Assembly (NCBI GenBank): GCA_038874655.1
Contig: JAVZBY010000009.1
Coordinates: 1-43,155 of the forward strand
DNA length: 43,155 nucleotides
Reading direction: 5' to 3'
DNA from: Candidatus Woesearchaeota archaeon
Lineage (GTDB): Archaea; Nanobdellota; Nanobdellia; Woesearchaeales; GW2011-AR15
Under the pieces are notes generated by a model. The model saw only the letters and a list, made by a program, of their open reading frames with translations. It made no database searches and had not been told where the DNA came from. Below, one piece after another: positions 1 through 8,575 of this stretch. Each line of letters opens with the position of its first letter. Positions within the stretch are counted from its first letter, which is position 1. The position numbers and the translations under genes were made by a program.

Positions 1-2
1 AT

Positions 3-518
3 TTATCTGGTGTTTTGCCTGATTTGGTTTTAAGAGGAATAAAAAAGGTTTGGACTTCCCCATCAATCAGAGAAGAAGAAAAAGGAAAAAGAATAGAGTA
101 TTATTTTGGCAATATACCATTAAGGTTATCAAGTTTTGTTGAATGGTATGTTGAAAGATCATTAAATGGAGAATTTACGGATTATAGATTCAGGATTATT
201 GATGCCAATGTAAAAGGTATTAGAGAAAAAAGATTAAAAGAATATCCTGAAAATGAAGTTGTTGTATGCACAATAGAAGGGATTTTACATTCATTTGATT
301 GTAAACTTTATGATCCAAAGATTTCATTTTTATTTGATTTAGATAAAGAAAGTATGGATGAAATTATTGCTGGTAGATTTGTTTTAGTTCCTGGTTTATA
401 TATAGGTTTAGAACAAAATAACTTATATATAAAACAGCCGAAACCTTTAAAAATAGAAATATGCAAAAATTGTGCAAATGATTACCTAAAAAAATTTGGA
501 TATGAATTAATAAAATAA
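3..518 (+). CDS. Hypothetical protein, probably 5'-truncated by the window edge
   Basis: Frame is open from position 3, upstream of the TTG at 15; C-terminal CxxC (ICKNC); no family recognised. Confidence 0.6.
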   Translation, partial: LSGVLPDLVLRGIKKVWTSPSIREEEKGKRIEYYFGNIPLRLSSFVEWYVERSLNGEFTDYRFRIIDANVKGIREKRLKEYPENEVVVCTIEGILHSFDCKLYDPKISFLFDLDKESMDEIIAGRFVLVPGLYIGLEQNNLYIKQPKPLKIEICKNCANDYLKKFGYELIK

Positions 519-553
519 AAAATTTTTAAAATAATCAATTTCTAAGAAATTAT

Positions 554-1216
554 ATGTCTATTAATCATGAATTTATAAAAGAGATTTGTAATTATAATAT
601 AGTCCTAGTTGCAGTCACAAAAAATAGAACAATTGAAGAAATAAAAAATCTTGTTTCATTAGGAATTAAAAATATTGCAGAAAACAAAATTCAAGAAGCA
701 GAAAAAAAATATTTTTTATTAAAAGATTTTTTAAAAAGTAATAATGTAAAATTTCATTTTATAGGACATTTGCAAAAAAATAAAGTAAAAAAAGCTGTTT
801 TAATGTTTGATGTTATTCAAAGTGTTGATTCTTATGAATTGGCTTTTGAATTAAATAAGAGAGCATTTGAGATCAAGAAGATTCAAGAAATTTTTATTCA
901 AGTTAATATTGGAAAAGAAAAACAAAAATTTGGTGTTGAAAAAGAAAAATTATTTGATTTAATTGAAAAAATTAAAGATTTGAAAAATTTGAAATTAAAT
1001 GGCTTGATGTGTATTGCTCCTTTCTTTGATGATGCTGAAAAAACAAGACCTTATTTTAGAGAAATGAAATTTTTATATGATAAAATTAATAATAAACTAT
1101 CTAATGAAAAGAAAAAAATTGATTTTTTATCAATGGGAATGACAAATGATTATAAAATTGCAATAGAAGAAGGAAGTAATATGGTTAGAATTGGAAGAGG
1201 TCTTTTTTTAGATTAG
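554..1216 (+). CDS. yggS: YggS/PROSC family pyridoxal phosphate homeostasis protein
   Basis: LVAVTK, ENKIQE, HFIGHLQKNK, LSMGMTNDY and GSNMVRIGR motifs. Confidence 0.95.
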   Translation: MSINHEFIKEICNYNIVLVAVTKNRTIEEIKNLVSLGIKNIAENKIQEAEKKYFLLKDFLKSNNVKFHFIGHLQKNKVKKAVLMFDVIQSVDSYELAFELNKRAFEIKKIQEIFIQVNIGKEKQKFGVEKEKLFDLIEKIKDLKNLKLNGLMCIAPFFDDAEKTRPYFREMKFLYDKINNKLSNEKKKIDFLSMGMTNDYKIAIEEGSNMVRIGRGLFLD

Positions 1217-1334
1217 TGTGATTGAGCAAAGCGAAACACACCTGTTTCCCTCAAGGATTTTTTAAAGCCTTGTGAAAAATGATTATAAAATTGCAATAGA
1301 AGAAGGAAGTAATATGGTTAGAATTGGAAGAGGT
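1144..1334 (+). repeat. Exact 58-bp direct repeat of the yggS 3' end (1144-1201 and 1277-1334)
   Basis: aaatgattataaaattgc...ttggaagaggt is identical in both copies; tails read GLFLD* and GLFK*. Confidence 0.95.
1216..1278. mobile_element. Short two-hairpin REP/MITE-like insert between the yggS repeats
   Basis: gtgtg..gagcaaagcgaa..cacac (1216-1241) and caagg..ccttg hairpin (1245-1278); GC-richer than neighbouring intergenic DNA. Confidence 0.45.
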
Positions 1335-1467
1335 TTGTTTAAGTAAAGAATATATAAACATAATATATTTACTATTTTATATATTACTAGTAAATAAAAA
1401 AAATATGTAAATAAAACAAGTAAATAAAAACAAATTTTTTAAATATAAAAATATCTATATACAAAAA

Positions 1468-2550
1468 ATGACAAAAATAATTGATCCATGGGGTTCAAAT
1501 TTAATAGAAGATTATGCTAAATTAATAACTGATTTTCATTTAGATTTTTTTGATTCTAAGTTGTTTCCGGAACCAAATAGGTTAATGCGTCGTGGAGTAG
1601 TTTTTTCTGGAATTGGACTAAAAGAGATTAGTGATTGCATTAAAAATAAAAAACCTTTTTATGTTTTAAGTGGCATAATGCCTTCTGGAAAAAAGATACA
1701 TTTCGGCAATAAAATGGTTGTTGAGATGATGTCTTATTTCCAAAAATTAGGAGCAGAAACTTATATTTTAGTTGCTGACTTGGAAGCTGAAGCAACAAGA
1801 GAAATATCATTAGAAGAAGCAAAAAAAAGAGCTTTAGAATTTCATATTCCTGCATATATTGCATTAGGTTTAGACCCTAAAAAAACTATTTTTTATTTTC
1901 AATCAGAGAATAAAGAAGTTATGAAAGCAGCATATAAATTTTCAAAAAAAGTTACCCAAGCGCAATTTGAGGCTTTATATGGAAATGCTGATCCAGAAAG
2001 AATTTTCTCGGCATTAACACAAGTTGGAGATATTTTATATCCTCAATTCAAAAAAAGAATCCCTGGTATAATTCCTGTTGGAGTAGATCAATTACCACAT
2101 ATTTTATTGGCAAGAGATATTGTTAATAGAATGAAATCTGAAAAATTTTTTTTGCCAAGTGCAACTTTTCATAAATATACGCCATCATTAGATGGCTATT
2201 TTAAAATGTCAAAATCAAAACCAGAAAGCATGATAGAATTACCCGAAGATCCTAAAGAAGCATGTAAAAAAATAAAAAAAGCAATTACTGGTGGTAGAGA
2301 CACTATTGAAGAACATAGAAAATTAGGTGCAATAATTGAAAAAGATATGGTTTTTGAATTATTAAAACAACATTTAATTGAGGATGACAAAGAATTAGAA
2401 AAAATTTATGAAGATTATAAATCTGGAAGAATGTTGTCTGGTGAATTAAAAGAGATTGCTTGTAAAAAGATTACTGATTTTATGACAAAATTAGAAAAAG
2501 ATATTGAAATAGCAAGAAAAAATATTGATAAATTAAAGTTTATAAGATAA
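1468..2550 (+). CDS. trpS: Tryptophanyl-tRNA synthetase, archaeal type
   Basis: IDPWG start, GIMPSGKKIHFGN (HIGH), PVGVDQLPH, KMSKS, SGELK. Confidence 0.95.
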   Translation: MTKIIDPWGSNLIEDYAKLITDFHLDFFDSKLFPEPNRLMRRGVVFSGIGLKEISDCIKNKKPFYVLSGIMPSGKKIHFGNKMVVEMMSYFQKLGAETYILVADLEAEATREISLEEAKKRALEFHIPAYIALGLDPKKTIFYFQSENKEVMKAAYKFSKKVTQAQFEALYGNADPERIFSALTQVGDILYPQFKKRIPGIIPVGVDQLPHILLARDIVNRMKSEKFFLPSATFHKYTPSLDGYFKMSKSKPESMIELPEDPKEACKKIKKAITGGRDTIEEHRKLGAIIEKDMVFELLKQHLIEDDKELEKIYEDYKSGRMLSGELKEIACKKITDFMTKLEKDIEIARKNIDKLKFIR

Positions 2551-2590
2551 AACAATAGATATGTTAGTATTTTTTTATCAAGTTTATATT

Positions 2591-3589
2591 TTATTTTTGC
2601 TCTCTAATCATATTTAGGGATTCTAATTTTTTAACCATTTCTATTGAATAAATTTTAAAAAATGTAGCTAATGGTGTTGTTATAATAGCAAATATAAAAA
2701 AAAGAAATAAAAGTAAGAACAATATTAATAATATAAGAATCGTATCTGAAATCCTTATATGAAACCTTAAAAGTATTTGATATGCGAAATATCCTATGAT
2801 TGCTAGTAATATAGAAAATAAAAGAATTGAAATAAAAATAAAAATATAGATAAAAGCAACTGCTATAGATAATCCTATTTTTATAAGCCAGTACATAAAT
2901 ATTTCTAATTTATTATTTTGAGCAATTTTTTTAAAATAATTAAATGCATCATTAATAGTATATTTTTTTAGATACATAATTGGCACAAGAAAATCATCCA
3001 CTATAAATAAAATAATATTAACAAAAATAAAGAATATGATAAATAGCATCAAAATAGGTATTAATAAAGCCAAATTAAAATTAGATAAATTATTCGTGAA
3101 AAAGTAATAAATAACTGGGGATAATATTAAAAGAGTTATTAAAAGATTTATTAAACCAAAATAAAATCTAAATAGAAAAAGAGAATTTTTTTGTTTTTCT
3201 GTTTCTTTAATTGCATTTTTTATTTTAAGTTCTTTTTTTACAATACCATCTAAAAAAACAAAAGTAAACATTGAAGAAATGTATTGTAAAAATAATATAA
3301 AGATGTAAATAACAAGAAAAAAAATACCAACTAAATTACCATATTTTGATACAAAATTAAGTGCTTCTGTATTAATTTGTGAGATTGCTTGATTAAATGA
3401 TAAATTATATGATGTTTTTGTTGTATTTGGAGAAGAGATATTACTAAAACTATTAAAATTCATGTAATTAGAATTTCCTGCTAATAAATTAGCAATCGTC
3501 ATTTTAATCCAATATGCTTTTCTTATCGGGAAGAAAAGTTCTTTTGTTTTTGCAATACACTCATTTAAGATATCTGCTGCATATACCAT
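2591..3589 (-). CDS. Polytopic membrane protein (DUF7544-like)
   Basis: Several hydrophobic helices; DFLVPIMY motif typical of this archaeal family. Confidence 0.65.
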   Translation of the reverse strand: MVYAADILNECIAKTKELFFPIRKAYWIKMTIANLLAGNSNYMNFNSFSNISSPNTTKTSYNLSFNQAISQINTEALNFVSKYGNLVGIFFLVIYIFILFLQYISSMFTFVFLDGIVKKELKIKNAIKETEKQKNSLFLFRFYFGLINLLITLLILSPVIYYFFTNNLSNFNLALLIPILMLFIIFFIFVNIILFIVDDFLVPIMYLKKYTINDAFNYFKKIAQNNKLEIFMYWLIKIGLSIAVAFIYIFIFISILLFSILLAIIGYFAYQILLRFHIRISDTILILLILFLLLFLFFIFAIITTPLATFFKIYSIEMVKKLESLNMIREQK

Positions 3590-3679
3590 ATGTCAATTAA
3601 GAAAAAATAATTAAGTATAAAAAGTTTTTTAAATTTGATAACATTATTACATTTAGATTTTAATATATTAAATTAAAAA

Positions 3680-4690
3680 GTGGATAAAATGTTTGCAATA
3701 TTTGTTGTTATTGTATTTATACTATCTATATTTATCATTTTAAAAGGTTCTGACTGGCTTACTGATTCTTTAATACCTGTTGCTAATCAATTAGGCACTA
3801 GTTATATTGCTGTAACTACTATATTAGCTTCATTTATGATGAGCACTCCTGAGATAGTTAGTTCTTTGTATTCATATTTTTTAGGTCATTCTAATTTAGG
3901 AATAGGTGTTTTAATAGGAAGTGCAATGATTAATGTTGGTTTAACATTAGGATTAAGTGCATTGATAAAACCTTTGAAAATTGAGAAAGATATTTTAATT
4001 AGAGATGGTATTTTTTTGGTAGTTGTTTGTTTTATTGTTATGGTTTTTGGTTCTGATTTAATGTTTGAAAGAAGAGAAGGAATTGTTTTAATGTTAATGT
4101 TCATTCCATATATGCTAAATGTATGGTGGTTTGAAAAATCTAGAAATATAAAAACAAGAGAAAAAAAAGTTGAATCATTAAAAACAAATTTAGATTTGTT
4201 TGGAGCACAAGATCCAATATTTAAAATTAAACCTGGATTAAAAACTTTTATTTTAGGTGCTTTATTTTTATTTACAGGAAGTTATTTTTTCTCTTGGGCA
4301 CTTATAGAAACAGCTAAATTAGTTAAAGTTCCTGAAATAATTATTGGTGTTATTTTAGGCGCAATTGGAACAGGAACACCTAATATTGCTGCAGGAATTC
4401 AAGGAACTTTGAAAGGATATGATGATGCTGCACTAACAGAAACTTTTGGATCGAATATATTTACTTTATTATTTACTTTAGGTTTATTTATAACAATAAG
4501 CCCAACAAAAATTCCTCTTAATGTTTTTTATTATGATTTAAATTGGATGGTATTATTGCATGTTTTATTAGTAGCATTTATTTTTAAAGGGTTTAAATAC
4601 AGAGAAGAATCATTAACTAGATACGAAGGTGCTATTTTAGTTGTATTTTATTTGACATTATTAATTGCAAATGTATTATTTTTTAACTAA
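3680..4690 (+). CDS. Na+/Ca2+ (CaCA, YrbG-like) antiporter
   Basis: Two alpha repeats (MSTPE..GS..N and GTGTPN..GSNIF); C-terminal LTRYEG. Confidence 0.9.
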   Translation: MDKMFAIFVVIVFILSIFIILKGSDWLTDSLIPVANQLGTSYIAVTTILASFMMSTPEIVSSLYSYFLGHSNLGIGVLIGSAMINVGLTLGLSALIKPLKIEKDILIRDGIFLVVVCFIVMVFGSDLMFERREGIVLMLMFIPYMLNVWWFEKSRNIKTREKKVESLKTNLDLFGAQDPIFKIKPGLKTFILGALFLFTGSYFFSWALIETAKLVKVPEIIIGVILGAIGTGTPNIAAGIQGTLKGYDDAALTETFGSNIFTLLFTLGLFITISPTKIPLNVFYYDLNWMVLLHVLLVAFIFKGFKYREESLTRYEGAILVVFYLTLLIANVLFFN

Positions 4691-4757
4691 AATATTTTAA
4701 AATTCTTTTTTAATAATAATTTAAGAATTTATTTATAAAAACCTAAAAGATTCAATT

Positions 4758-5222
4758 TTAAATATTTTCTTTATATTGTATAAATTCTATACCTGCTTCT
4801 TCAAATAACTTTTTTGAAATTTCATCCAATGCATATTTTTCACTATAAAATACTTTAGTTATACCTGCATTTATGATATGTTTTGCGCAATATCTACATG
4901 GACATAAACTTGTATATAAGGTTGCACCTTTGACAGAAATACCATTATAGGCTGCTTGTAATAATGCATTTTCCTCTGCATGCACGCAAACACATTCATC
5001 TAATCTTTCTCCTGAGTTAATTTTTCCTAATTTTCTATCCATACACCTTTGACAACCACCTTCATCACAATTTTTTATTCCTCTGGGTGTGCCATTATAG
5101 CCAGTAGAAATAATCATTTTATCTTTAACAATAACACAACCTACTTGTCTTGCTAAACAAGAGCTTCTTGTTGAAATTAATTTTGCTATTTTTATAAAAT
5201 ATTCATCCCATGTTGGTTTCAT
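4758..5222 (-). CDS. dCMP deaminase (ComEB-like)
   Basis: KPTWDEYF, TGYNG, HAEENA, PCRYC zinc motifs; SD AGGTG. Confidence 0.93.
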   Translation of the reverse strand: MKPTWDEYFIKIAKLISTRSSCLARQVGCVIVKDKMIISTGYNGTPRGIKNCDEGGCQRCMDRKLGKINSGERLDECVCVHAEENALLQAAYNGISVKGATLYTSLCPCRYCAKHIINAGITKVFYSEKYALDEISKKLFEEAGIEFIQYKENI

Positions 5223-5280
5223 AATTACACCTTTAATTTATATATTTATTTTAGTTAATTCTATTATATTAAAGTTAATT

Positions 5281-5841
5281 CTATTTTTCAATTTCTTCTT
5301 GCTCATTAAGCCATTCTAAAAATTTTTTATAATTTATTTCCAAATCATATAAGGTTCCTACATTTAATAATGTATAATCTGCCATTACTATTGGACCAGC
5401 TTTATTTAAATTTTCTATTTCTGCTTTGTCTCTAGCTTTAGCTTGCTCTTTTGTTAAACCTCTGATTTCTCTTTCTGTTAATCTTTCATATCTCATTTCA
5501 GGAGGAGAATAAATTGCTAAAACAATCATATATGGAAATTTTTCTTTTAGAAATAAATATTCTTCCCAACTATATAAACCATCAATTATAACATTTCCTC
5601 TCTTTAATAGTTCTTCTATTTTTGGTAGATTAAGTTTTGCATATGCAGCCATTCCATGTTCTTTTCTTATGCTTTCTCTTATAAGTTTTTCATTTTGTTC
5701 GTTTTCAACTAAACCTTTTTGCTTAATTATTTCTGTGGTTATATCGCCAAATCTTATTTTTTGATAGTTATCTTTTTCAAATAATTTTGCTAATTCTGAT
5801 TTACCAGAACCTGTCATACCAACTATAGCAATTAGTCTCAT
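5281..5841 (-). CDS. P-loop kinase, dephospho-CoA/NMP kinase-like (archaeal UPF0200 type)
   Basis: GMTGSGKS Walker A, IIDG, R..R...R.R lid, RD..E. Confidence 0.8.
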   Translation of the reverse strand: MRLIAIVGMTGSGKSELAKLFEKDNYQKIRFGDITTEIIKQKGLVENEQNEKLIRESIRKEHGMAAYAKLNLPKIEELLKRGNVIIDGLYSWEEYLFLKEKFPYMIVLAIYSPPEMRYERLTEREIRGLTKEQAKARDKAEIENLNKAGPIVMADYTLLNVGTLYDLEINYKKFLEWLNEQEEIEK

Positions 5842-5909
5842 AACAAAAGAGAAAAAAAAAGAATTTATTATTGTTTCGTTTTTTTCTGGGTAAGATTTAA
5901 AATTATTTT

Positions 5910-6428
5910 TTATGGATTACATATTTCTAAGCTTATAAAAACAGGTGGATATAAAATAGGTAAAGGATACTCTGCAACTTGCTCTTTTTCTACAAACCTA
6001 GATAAACATTTTGAATTTATAGGAATATCATTTATTTTATTAGGTTCATTATCTCTTCTTATTGAAAATCTATAATCCCTAGACCAATTTCCTAGTGTTG
6101 CTTCTAATGCATTTTTTATTGTGTTTTCTGCATAAGCACAACAATTTGAATTTTGTCCACACATATCATGCTTATTTTCATAACATGCTTTTATAATGTC
6201 TACTACTTTTAAATTTTTTTCAGTATTTGTGTTTAAAATAGATGACAAAAAATTGTCTGCTAATTTAGGGTCTAAAAATCTTTGTGAGATTTTTCGTTTA
6301 TTTGTATTTATACTTATTATTATAAAACTACCTATAACTAATATAATGACTATTATTACTAAACCTACTATTTCTGTTTGTGCTTTTTTATTTTTTGATT
6401 TTTTACTAATTTTTTTTATTTTTTGCAT
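5910..6428 (-). CDS. Class III signal peptide (pilin-like) protein
   Basis: KKAQ-TEIVGLVIIVIILVIG: basic leader plus hydrophobic helix; Cys-rich body. Confidence 0.75.
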   Translation of the reverse strand: MQKIKKISKKSKNKKAQTEIVGLVIIVIILVIGSFIIISINTNKRKISQRFLDPKLADNFLSSILNTNTEKNLKVVDIIKACYENKHDMCGQNSNCCAYAENTIKNALEATLGNWSRDYRFSIRRDNEPNKINDIPINSKCLSRFVEKEQVAEYPLPILYPPVFISLEICNP

Positions 6429-6433
6429 TTTAA

Positions 6434-6940
6434 TTATTCATAAATTCTTAAAAATAAAACACCAAATTTATCTTCATGATCTACAACATTTCTTAGCAAA
6501 ATAGGCATTTGAATTTCTAAAAAACCTTTGTTTTCTTTTTTTGGGTTATCATAAATTTCCCATGTCTTTATCCATCTATCTCCATTTAAACAATCATAAC
6601 AATCTGGACTAGGTTCAAATTGTTTTATGAAAATTTTTACATTGCCAAATAAAGGTTCATAATAAAATTTTTCTTCATTTAAAATATCTTTAAATGATTC
6701 TATTTTTAATATATCATAACAATTTTGTGAAACTTGATTGTTACCCATGCATTGCAATTCAACCATAGAATTTAGTAATTGTATTTTTTTTATCATTTCA
6801 AGTTGCTTAAATTCTCTATCTTTTTCTTTTAATTGCTGATTTTGATATCCTAAAAAAAATATGAATGCAAATATTAAGATTATGAAAACTACTAAGATTA
6901 CCAATGCGTTTTCCATTATTTGTAGTTGTGCTTTTTTCAT
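6434..6940 (-). CDS. Class III signal peptide (pilin-like) protein
   Basis: MKKAQ-LQIMENALVILVVFII. Confidence 0.75.
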   Translation of the reverse strand: MKKAQLQIMENALVILVVFIILIFAFIFFLGYQNQQLKEKDREFKQLEMIKKIQLLNSMVELQCMGNNQVSQNCYDILKIESFKDILNEEKFYYEPLFGNVKIFIKQFEPSPDCYDCLNGDRWIKTWEIYDNPKKENKGFLEIQMPILLRNVVDHEDKFGVLFLRIYE

Positions 6941-6962
6941 TTTAATAAGTATCCATCATTTT

Positions 6963-7976
6963 TTAATAAATGCTTGGGCATGATTTTTTCATTAAATTAG
7001 TATTTAATTCTTTTAATTGATTTTTTGTTGAAACAAAATTATTTTCTGAAATTTCACCATCATTAGTTATTTGTTCTATTTGCTCTAATAAAGATTTAGC
7101 TATTAAATATTGGTTTTTATCACAACTTTGAAGCAAATCTGAACTAGATAATTTTTCAGCTCTTTTTATTAATAATTTTGTTATTTTATTTAATCTTGTA
7201 ATTGCCTTTTTAAGATTACATTCATATGCTTCTTTGTTATCAGAATAAATAGCTGCTAATAATGTTTCTTTATCATAAAAATTTGATGAACCTTTTTCTT
7301 CAAATGAAAAACCTTTTTTTTGATAATAGGTTATTTTATTAAGATCAAAATTAATTTTTACTGCTGTTATTTTTGAATCTTTAAAATTTCTTATTGCATT
7401 TGGTAGATTGTAATTTAAAGGATCTGTATTTAAAAAAATAAATCTAATGGAATCATAGTTTTGATTTTGAAAATTTGATAATGATTTTGCTTTTATATTT
7501 GAAGGTAGATTTTTTTTTATATTTTCATCATCATAAACATAAAGATGATTAGAACTTGTCATATAAATAAAATGAGTTACTTTAAAAGGACTATACCATG
7601 CTAAAGTATTTGTAAATAATTGAGAATTAATTGTTTCTGGAGAAAAGATCGGAATAAATTTATTCTCTTTTTTTATTGCATTTTTTCCAATTGTGTAATA
7701 ATTACATTGATCATTTCCTGTTTTTGCAGAATCTATTTTTAATTGCATATTTGATAAAGAGATATTGCTTTCGCTATTTTCTAAATCCTGTACACCAACT
7801 AAAAGAGCGTCAAAATAATTTAAAAGTTCATATTCTTGTTGTTTTTCTGCTGATTTTCTTATGCCATTTGCTACTGTAAAGAAAACTAATAAAATAAAGA
7901 AACCTGCAATAGCAACATAAAGCCAATTAAACTGTATTTCAACTGCTGCTTTTTTATTTAATTTTTTTATTTGCAT
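6963..7976 (-). CDS. Class III signal peptide (minor pilin-like) protein
   Basis: KKAA-VEIQFNWLYVAIAGFFILL. Confidence 0.7.
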   Translation of the reverse strand: MQIKKLNKKAAVEIQFNWLYVAIAGFFILLVFFTVANGIRKSAEKQQEYELLNYFDALLVGVQDLENSESNISLSNMQLKIDSAKTGNDQCNYYTIGKNAIKKENKFIPIFSPETINSQLFTNTLAWYSPFKVTHFIYMTSSNHLYVYDDENIKKNLPSNIKAKSLSNFQNQNYDSIRFIFLNTDPLNYNLPNAIRNFKDSKITAVKINFDLNKITYYQKKGFSFEEKGSSNFYDKETLLAAIYSDNKEAYECNLKKAITRLNKITKLLIKRAEKLSSSDLLQSCDKNQYLIAKSLLEQIEQITNDGEISENNFVSTKNQLKELNTNLMKKSCPSIY

Positions 7977-8007
7977 TTTTTTAATAAGTTTTATCTAGTT
8001 TATCTTT

Positions 8008-8514
8008 TTATGGATTTGTGTATAGTTCAGCTACTTTGCCTGTGCCTCTTATCCATAATTCTTTTCTTTCTTTGCTTTTAATACACAAAAAATCATCCAA
8101 TACATCTAATTTATCTACATAAAAAGAGCTTAATATTTTTTTGTTTTTTAATAAAAAAATATTGGGCTCTGCATCATTTAAAATACTTGTTTGAATTAAA
8201 GGATAATTTGCTAATAAATCATTATTTTTTAACTGTTGACTAAATTTATTATTTTCTTTTGAATCAGCAAAACATATTTCATCAAAAGGGGTTGGTGGAA
8301 TTTTTTCTGTGAATTTTTTTTGGCTATTATATTGTGTTGCATAAGTATAGATGTAATCTTCAAATTCCTTTTGAAAAGATTCTATGTTAATTGATTTTTG
8401 TGTAGATAATAATGTAGAAATTGATCTATATCCTACTATAAAGAGTAATCCAATAATAATTGCAGCCATGAGATAAATAAAAACTTGTGTTGAGATTTGT
8501 GATTTTTTTGCCAT
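8008..8514 (-). CDS. Class III signal peptide (pilin-like) protein
   Basis: KKSQ-ISTQVFIYLMAAIIIGLL. Confidence 0.75.
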   Translation of the reverse strand: MAKKSQISTQVFIYLMAAIIIGLLFIVGYRSISTLLSTQKSINIESFQKEFEDYIYTYATQYNSQKKFTEKIPPTPFDEICFADSKENNKFSQQLKNNDLLANYPLIQTSILNDAEPNIFLLKNKKILSSFYVDKLDVLDDFLCIKSKERKELWIRGTGKVAELYTNP

Positions 8515-8575
8515 TTTTATAATTTAATATTTTTATTTTTTCATTTAATTTATAAGTTATTTTTTATAGTCATTA

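Noticed and set aside
1144-1334. DGR template/variable repeat pair
   Set aside because: Copies are identical with no adenine-specific mismatches, no reverse transcriptase is present, and the target is a housekeeping gene
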